Below, piece after piece: positions 58,866 through 64,000 of a stretch of DNA of 64,000 bases. The notes under the pieces were generated by a model. It had not been told where the DNA came from. It saw only the letters and a program-made list of their open reading frames with translations, and made no database searches. Where the stretch lies: the NCBI RefSeq assembly GCF_036402295.1, contig NZ_DASWTE010000056.1, forward strand, positions 3,513-67,512, read 5' to 3'. Position 1 is the stretch's first letter. Each line of letters begins with the position of its first letter. The translations under genes and the position numbers were made by a program. This stretch comes from Phenylobacterium sp. (GTDB lineage: Bacteria; Pseudomonadota; Alphaproteobacteria; Caulobacterales; Caulobacteraceae).

Positions 58866-60224
58866 CTACTCCGCCGCCGCGAGCGCCTCGGCGCCCGTCG
58901 CCTGTTTTCGGAATGGCTGGCGCTTCCAGTAGGCGAGGCTCTTCCAGAGCCAGTCCACCGGCCCGCTCTCGAACGCCGCCATCCAGACGTTCGCGAGCAC
59001 CACCTGCGCGGCGATGATCGCCAGGGCGATCGCGGTGAGGCCCGCCCAGCCGAACTGGCCGAAGAGCCCGAAGCCGATGCCCGGGAACAGGATCCACATG
59101 CACAGGACCGAGGCCGTGAGGTAGACGGTGAGCGGCATCCGCCCGGGCGCCTGGAACACCCCCAGCACCCGCTGGCCCACGCCGGTCCGCAGCGCCAGGT
59201 TCACCAGGCCGATGTGGCCCAGCACCAGCGCGATGCGGGCCGCGTCCCACGTCATCCACCCGATCTTGGGCTCTGGCGTGAACCGCAGGGCTTCCATGTC
59301 GGCGAGGTAGCGAGCAGTGGCGCCCAGGCCGTAGCCTGCGACGACCATCGCCACATAGACCCCCGTCCGCGCGCGGCCTTGCAGGACGCCCCAGTCGTAC
59401 AACGCCATGCCCAGCAGCATGGTCCCGAAGATCTCGAAGAAGCCGAAGTAGAGGAACGGCCCGACATTGAACTTGGCCCAGATGCCGGCCAGCGCCTCGG
59501 CATAGCCCGGCAACGGGCCCAGCCGCGCCTTCTTCTCCTTGGCGACCGCCTCCTGCTTCTTCTTGTTGCTGGCCAGCGGCGCGGCCGCCTCGACCTTCTC
59601 CTTCCACGTGTCGAGCGCCTCCTTCTCGGCGGCGCTGGGCGTCTTGCCGGCTTGCACCTTGGCCTGCGCGGCTGCGACGTCGGCCTTCAGGTCGACGCGC
59701 TCGGCGTAGCGCATCACGCCCGGCGAGATGGCGGCCAGGATGAAGGCGGCGCCCACGAGCGCCTTGGTCGTCGGGCCCAGTCGGCGGAACGGGAACACGA
59801 ACAGCGCGGTGATCCCGTATGCGAACAGGATGTCGCCCGGCCACAGCAGCACGAAGGCGTGGATCAGGCCGAAAGCGACAAGCCAGAGGTTCCGGCGATA
59901 GTGCAGGTCGGCCACGCTGACTGGGCCGTCAGGCTGCATGGCGTTGCGCGTCATGATCATCACGCCGGCGCCGAACAGCACCTCCAGGAGGCCGCGCTGG
60001 GTGCCTTCGAAGAACATGCCGACGCCGATGAATGTGGCCTGGTCGGCCGGCGTCCAGCTCACGATCCGCGGATCGAACGGCTCGACCAGGGAGTAGCCAC
60101 CCATGATCGGGATGTTCATCAGCAGGATCAGCAGGATCGCGATGCCGCGCAGGACGTCGAGCGCCACGATGCGCTCGGACTTCGCGACCCGCCGCAGCGG
60201 ATCGTCGGCTCGCATGTCAGGCAT
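58866..60224 (-). CDS. DUF418 (YeiB-like) membrane protein
   Basis: RIVALDVLRGIA, WPGDILFAYG, GRMPLTVYL, GPVDWLW. Confidence 0.9.
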   Translation of the reverse strand: MPDMRADDPLRRVAKSERIVALDVLRGIAILLILLMNIPIMGGYSLVEPFDPRIVSWTPADQATFIGVGMFFEGTQRGLLEVLFGAGVMIMTRNAMQPDGPVSVADLHYRRNLWLVAFGLIHAFVLLWPGDILFAYGITALFVFPFRRLGPTTKALVGAAFILAAISPGVMRYAERVDLKADVAAAQAKVQAGKTPSAAEKEALDTWKEKVEAAAPLASNKKKQEAVAKEKKARLGPLPGYAEALAGIWAKFNVGPFLYFGFFEIFGTMLLGMALYDWGVLQGRARTGVYVAMVVAGYGLGATARYLADMEALRFTPEPKIGWMTWDAARIALVLGHIGLVNLALRTGVGQRVLGVFQAPGRMPLTVYLTASVLCMWILFPGIGFGLFGQFGWAGLTAIALAIIAAQVVLANVWMAAFESGPVDWLWKSLAYWKRQPFRKQATGAEALAAAE

Positions 60225-60435
60225 TGGCGTCCGCCCCAGAGTGCGCCTCTCGGCGGGCGACGGTCGCGCCGATCAAGCTGCGGCGCAACCGTGTTACGCG
60301 TGTTGCGTTGCGGCGACAGTCATGCGGCATTGCAGCGCAGATTTATTCGCCGAGCCGGGAAATCCTTGAACTCCCGGAGGGCAGGACCTAAAAGCCCAGC
60401 TACGCTACGCTGCACTGCACAATGGAGTGATCGCC

Positions 60436-60540
60436 ATGATCGCCCTTATCGAAAAGTTCCTGGACGCGATGTTCGCCCCGCTAGCGCGCGAACTCGAGCG
60501 CGTGCCCCCGCAGGCGATGCGCTTCCACGTGTTCTTCTGA
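60436..60540 (+). CDS. Small protein, 34 aa (MIALIEKFLDAMFAPLARELERVPPQAMRFHVFF)
   Basis: GGAG RBS at 60424-60427, mostly G/C third positions, downstream terminator. Confidence 0.7.
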   Translation: MIALIEKFLDAMFAPLARELERVPPQAMRFHVFF

Positions 60541-60594
60541 TCTACCGGCCGTAGCCGCGGTTCCGCGAGAGCAGGCCGCAGCCCACGGACGTCG

Positions 60595-60634
60595 ACGGCG
60601 CCGACCCCGCGAGGGGCGGCGCCGTTTTCGTTTT
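60595..60634 (+). terminator. Rho-independent terminator
   Basis: ACGGCGCCG-a-CCCC-gcga-GGGG-CGGCGCCGT followed by TTTCGTTTT. Confidence 0.75.
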
Positions 60635-60681
60635 CGCACTGACCTTTGGGCGTCGTTGGCGCGTCAGCGCCGATAAGATTC

Positions 60682-60757
60682 ATCCGCGGAAAACGCGGAA
60701 TGCCGCGGAATGATGTACCGGAAGGCTCTTCCGCGCCTTTCGGCGTTTTCTGCGCTT
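60682..60757. repeat. Periodic palindrome, copy D
   Basis: ATCCGCGGAAAACGCGGAATGCCGCGGAA...TTCCGCGCCTTTCGGCGTTTTCTGCGCTT. Confidence 0.75.
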
Positions 60758-60786
60758 CAATGATCGCGCCTGCGGCGCGCAGGGCG

Positions 60787-61503
60787 TCAGGCGCCCGTCG
60801 CGGTCCGCTGCATGGCACAGAGCTCGCCGATGCCCTTGCGGGCCAGCGAGAACAGGGCCTCGAACTCGGCCTGGCTGAAGCCACGTTTCTCGCCGGTGGC
60901 CTGCACCTCGACGATGTCGCCCGAGCCGGTGAGTACGAAGTTGGCGTCGGCCTCGGCGTTGGAGTCCTCCTCGTAGTCGAGGTCCAGCACCGGCGTGCCC
61001 GCGAAGATCCCGCAGCTCACCGCCGCCACCTGGTCGAGGATCGGGTCGGCGGCAATCACGCCCTCGTCCAGCAGGTACTTCGTCGCCAGCCGCAGCGCGA
61101 CCCAGGCGCCGGTGATCGAGGCCGTGCGGGTGCCGCCGTCGGCCTGCAGCACGTCGCAGTCGATGGTGATCTGCCGCTCGCCCAGCGCCTTCAGGTCGAT
61201 AATCGCCCGCATCGAGCGGCCGATGAGGCGCTGGATCTCCTGGGTGCGGCCGCTCTGCTTGCCGGTCGCGGCCTCGCGGCGGCCGCGGGTGTGGGTGGCG
61301 CGCGGCAGCATGCCGTACTCGGCGGTCACCCAGCCCTGGCCCTTGCCGCGCAGGAAGCCCGGCACCCCCTCCTCCAGGCTCGCCGTCACCAGCACCTTGG
61401 TGTGGCCGGCCGAGATCAGGCACGAGCCCTCGGCGTAGCGCGTCACCCCGGTCTCGAGGACGATCGGGCGCAGGAGGTCGGGGGCGCGTTCGGAGGGTCG
61501 CAT
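60787..61503 (-). CDS. rph: Ribonuclease PH
   Basis: [32 protein letters not shown]. Confidence 0.98.
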   Translation of the reverse strand: MRPSERAPDLLRPIVLETGVTRYAEGSCLISAGHTKVLVTASLEEGVPGFLRGKGQGWVTAEYGMLPRATHTRGRREAATGKQSGRTQEIQRLIGRSMRAIIDLKALGERQITIDCDVLQADGGTRTASITGAWVALRLATKYLLDEGVIAADPILDQVAAVSCGIFAGTPVLDLDYEEDSNAEADANFVLTGSGDIVEVQATGEKRGFSQAEFEALFSLARKGIGELCAMQRTATGA

Positions 61504-61532
61504 TGCGTTGGGGGCTTTCGTAGGTCGCGCAG

Positions 61533-61560
61533 CTTGCGCCGCTTCGGGCCGCGCTTATCC
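61533..61560 (+). promoter_or_regulatory. Candidate RpoH (sigma32) promoter of hrcA-grpE
   Basis: CTTG-N17-CTTATCC, resembling alphaproteobacterial heat-shock promoters. Confidence 0.5.
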
Positions 61561-61604
61561 TAGATCGGACGTAGACAGTCTATGGGCCAACCCTGACGCA
61601 CCCC

Positions 61605-62672
61605 GTGACGCCACCGCTGTTCTCCCGAGGGCCGACGCTCACCGACATGGACGCCCGCGCCCGGGACATCTTCCGGCGTATCGTGGAGAGCTATCTCGAG
61701 ACGGGCGAGCCGGTGGGTTCGCGCACGCTCTCGAAGGGCGGGGTCTCGCTGTCGCCCGCCTCGATCCGCAACACCATGCAGGACCTGACGCAGCTCGGCC
61801 TCTTGGGCGCGCCGCACGTCAGCGCCGGCCGGCTGCCGACGCATGCGGGCCTGCGTCTGTTCGTCGACGGGCTGATGGAGGTGGGCGACGTCGGGGAGGA
61901 CGAACGCCGCAACATCGAGGCCCGCCTGCTGGCGCACGGCCGCAACTACGAGGACGCGCTGAACGAGGCCTCCTCGATCCTCTCGGGGCTGGCCGGCGGC
62001 GCGGGCGTCGTCGTCACCCCCATGCGCGACGCCGGCGTGACCCACGTGGAGTTCGTGCCGCTCTCGGGCGACCGAACGCTGGCGATCATGGTCTTCGACG
62101 ACGGTACGGTGGAGAACCGCCTCATCCGCCTGCCGGTCGGCGTGACGCCCTCGGCCCTGCAGGAGGCGTCGAACTTCCTGAACGCCCGGCTGCGCGGCAA
62201 GACGCTCAGCGAGGCCAAGGCCGACCTGCGCGTCGAGCTGGACCGCGCGCGGCGCGAGCTCGACGTCAGCGCCGCCCGCCTCGTGGAGGACGGCCTGGCC
62301 GCCTGGGGCGGCGGCGAGGCCGAGGAGCGCGCCCTTATCGTGCGCGGCCGCGCCAACCTGCTCGAGGACCGCGAGGCGCTGGAAGACCTCGAACGCGTTC
62401 GCTCGCTCTTCGAGGACCTGGAGCAGAAGGAGCAGCTGATCCAGCTGCTGGACGGCGTCCGCGACGGCGAGGGCGTGCGCATCTTCATCGGCGCCGAAAC
62501 GCGGCTCTTTAGCCTTTCGGGTTCCGCTGTGATCGCGGCGCCCTATATGACGGGCGCACAGAAGGTGGTCGGGGCGATCGGCGTGATCGGGCCCGCCCGG
62601 TTGAACTATGCCCGGATCATTCCGTTGGTGGACTATACCGCCCGCGTGCTTGGTCAGGTGATGAAGACGTAA
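61605..62672 (+). CDS. hrcA: Heat-inducible transcription repressor
   Basis: [36 protein letters not shown]. Confidence 0.97.
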   Translation: MTPPLFSRGPTLTDMDARARDIFRRIVESYLETGEPVGSRTLSKGGVSLSPASIRNTMQDLTQLGLLGAPHVSAGRLPTHAGLRLFVDGLMEVGDVGEDERRNIEARLLAHGRNYEDALNEASSILSGLAGGAGVVVTPMRDAGVTHVEFVPLSGDRTLAIMVFDDGTVENRLIRLPVGVTPSALQEASNFLNARLRGKTLSEAKADLRVELDRARRELDVSAARLVEDGLAAWGGGEAEERALIVRGRANLLEDREALEDLERVRSLFEDLEQKEQLIQLLDGVRDGEGVRIFIGAETRLFSLSGSAVIAAPYMTGAQKVVGAIGVIGPARLNYARIIPLVDYTARVLGQVMKT

Positions 62673-62688
62673 GGACGCTGCGAGAACG

Positions 62689-63288
62689 ATGTCTGAGGAT
62701 CTGACGCCCGCCGATTTCGAAGCCGGTGACGACGCCGACGCCGACGTCGAGGCGATGGCCGCCGAGATCAAGGCGCTGAAGGAGCAGGTGCTCCGCTACG
62801 CCGCCGAGGCCGAGAACACAAAGCGCAGAGCCGAGCGCGAGACGAACGACGCGCGCGCCTATGCGATCACCAAGTTCGCCCGCGACCTGCTGGGCGTGGC
62901 CGACAATTTCGACCGCGCGCTGGCCTCGGCCCCCGCCGATGTCGAGGGGCCGGCCAAGAACTTCATCGTCGGCGTCGAGCTGACAGCCAAAGCGCTGGCG
63001 GGCGCCTTCGAGAACAACGGCCTGAAGAAGATCGACCCCGCCAAGGGCGAGAAGTTCGACCCCCACAAGCACCAGGCGATGATGGAACAGCCCGGAACCG
63101 ACGTGGAGCCGGGCGGCGTGATCCAGGTGCTGCAGGCGGGCTACGAGCTGCTGGGGCGCCTGGTTCGCCCCGCCATGGTGGTGGTCGCCGCGAAGACGGC
63201 CGCCCCGCCGAAGCCGGATGGCGCCGCCAACCCCTATGCGGCCGGGGACGAGGCCGACGCCGGCGGCTCGGTCGATACCCGCGCCTGA
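62689..63288 (+). CDS. grpE: Nucleotide exchange factor GrpE
   Basis: AEAENTKRR, FDPHKHQA, GY...RLVRPAMVVV. Confidence 0.97.
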   Translation: MSEDLTPADFEAGDDADADVEAMAAEIKALKEQVLRYAAEAENTKRRAERETNDARAYAITKFARDLLGVADNFDRALASAPADVEGPAKNFIVGVELTAKALAGAFENNGLKKIDPAKGEKFDPHKHQAMMEQPGTDVEPGGVIQVLQAGYELLGRLVRPAMVVVAAKTAAPPKPDGAANPYAAGDEADAGGSVDTRA

Positions 63289-63469
63289 TCGCCTTCCGCA
63301 CGGTCACTGAGACGCCTCGCACACGCTGCGAGGCGTTTTGCTGTGAGTTAGGCGGCCACGCTCTTTCGCAGCCTTACGATTTCGCTAATGTCGCAAGTCC
63401 CCTCTTTTCGGGGCGCGCGCCGGCACGGGTGATTCGCCGACGGCGGGCGATTGGCGAGCCGGGACCGAC

Positions 63470-64000
63470 ATGAAGCTTACGATCGAACGCGCCGCGCTGC
63501 TCCGCGCGCTGGGACATGTGCAGAGCGCCGTCGAGCGCCGGAACACGATCCCGATCCTCTCCAACGTGCTGCTGGCGGCCGAGCGCGACCGGCTGACGTT
63601 CTCCGCCACCGACCTGGACCTGGAGATCATCGACGAAGCCGTGGCCCAGGTGGACCAGCCCGGCCAGATCACCGCGCCGGCCCACACGCTGTACGAAATC
63701 GTCCGCAAGCTGCCCGAGGGCGCCGACGTCTCGCTCAGCTTCACCGGCGAAGATCCGCGCCTGACGGTCGCCGCCGGCCGCTCGCGCTTCAACCTGCCGG
63801 TCCTGCCGGCCGGCGACTTCCCGGTGATGTCGGCCGAGGGCTTCGCGAGCCAGATGGAGGTCGATGTGAATGACCTCATCCGCCTCATCGACAAGACGCG
63901 CTTCGCCATCTCGGCGGAGGAGACGCGCTATTACCTGAACGGCCTCTACGTCCACACCGTGATCATCGACGGGGCGCCGCGCCTGCGGGCGGTGGCCACC
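63470..64000 (+). CDS. dnaN: DNA polymerase III beta sliding clamp (5' part, runs off the window)
   Basis: MKLTIERAALL...VERRNTIPILSNVLL, ATDLDLEI, EETRYYLNG. Confidence 0.97.
   Translation, partial: MKLTIERAALLRALGHVQSAVERRNTIPILSNVLLAAERDRLTFSATDLDLEIIDEAVAQVDQPGQITAPAHTLYEIVRKLPEGADVSLSFTGEDPRLTVAAGRSRFNLPVLPAGDFPVMSAEGFASQMEVDVNDLIRLIDKTRFAISAEETRYYLNGLYVHTVIIDGAPRLRAVAT

Noticed and set aside
51778-64000. Replication origin near the DnaA box or dnaN
   Set aside because: Only one perfect box, no box cluster or AT-rich unwinding region; dnaN separated from dnaA is normal for this family.

Overview
GC-rich alphaproteobacterial chromosomal segment, most likely Caulobacteraceae (Phenylobacterium/Caulobacter-like), judged from gene content and order (ubiH-type hydroxylase, ybbN, argG, kup, pyrF, rsmB, rpe, purH, gdhZ, rlmN, ampG, shkA, comM, gshB, rsmI, hemW, rdgB, rph, hrcA, grpE, dnaN). 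It is mostly housekeeping backbone with small accessory insertions. RNA elements are one tRNA-Gly(GCC), a ZMP/ZTP riboswitch before purH and a candidate three-hairpin RNA with C-rich loops before gdhZ. At least four families of intergenic palindromes are present. No CRISPR array, integrase, transposase or prophage was seen. The most unusual locus is 48.5-50.3 kb: a LuxR-type HTH protein with a C-terminal membrane anchor whose linker contains a fully nested 112-aa gene in the +1 frame (own strong RBS, host-like codon usage), followed by a 120-aa helical protein and a small membrane protein. Other highlights are two ~35-aa ORFs absent from the ORF track, each preceded by a PhaR-type box, and a secreted caspase-Sel1 / SH3 protein pair next to the tRNA. 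All calls come from reading the sequence by eye; no database searches were run.
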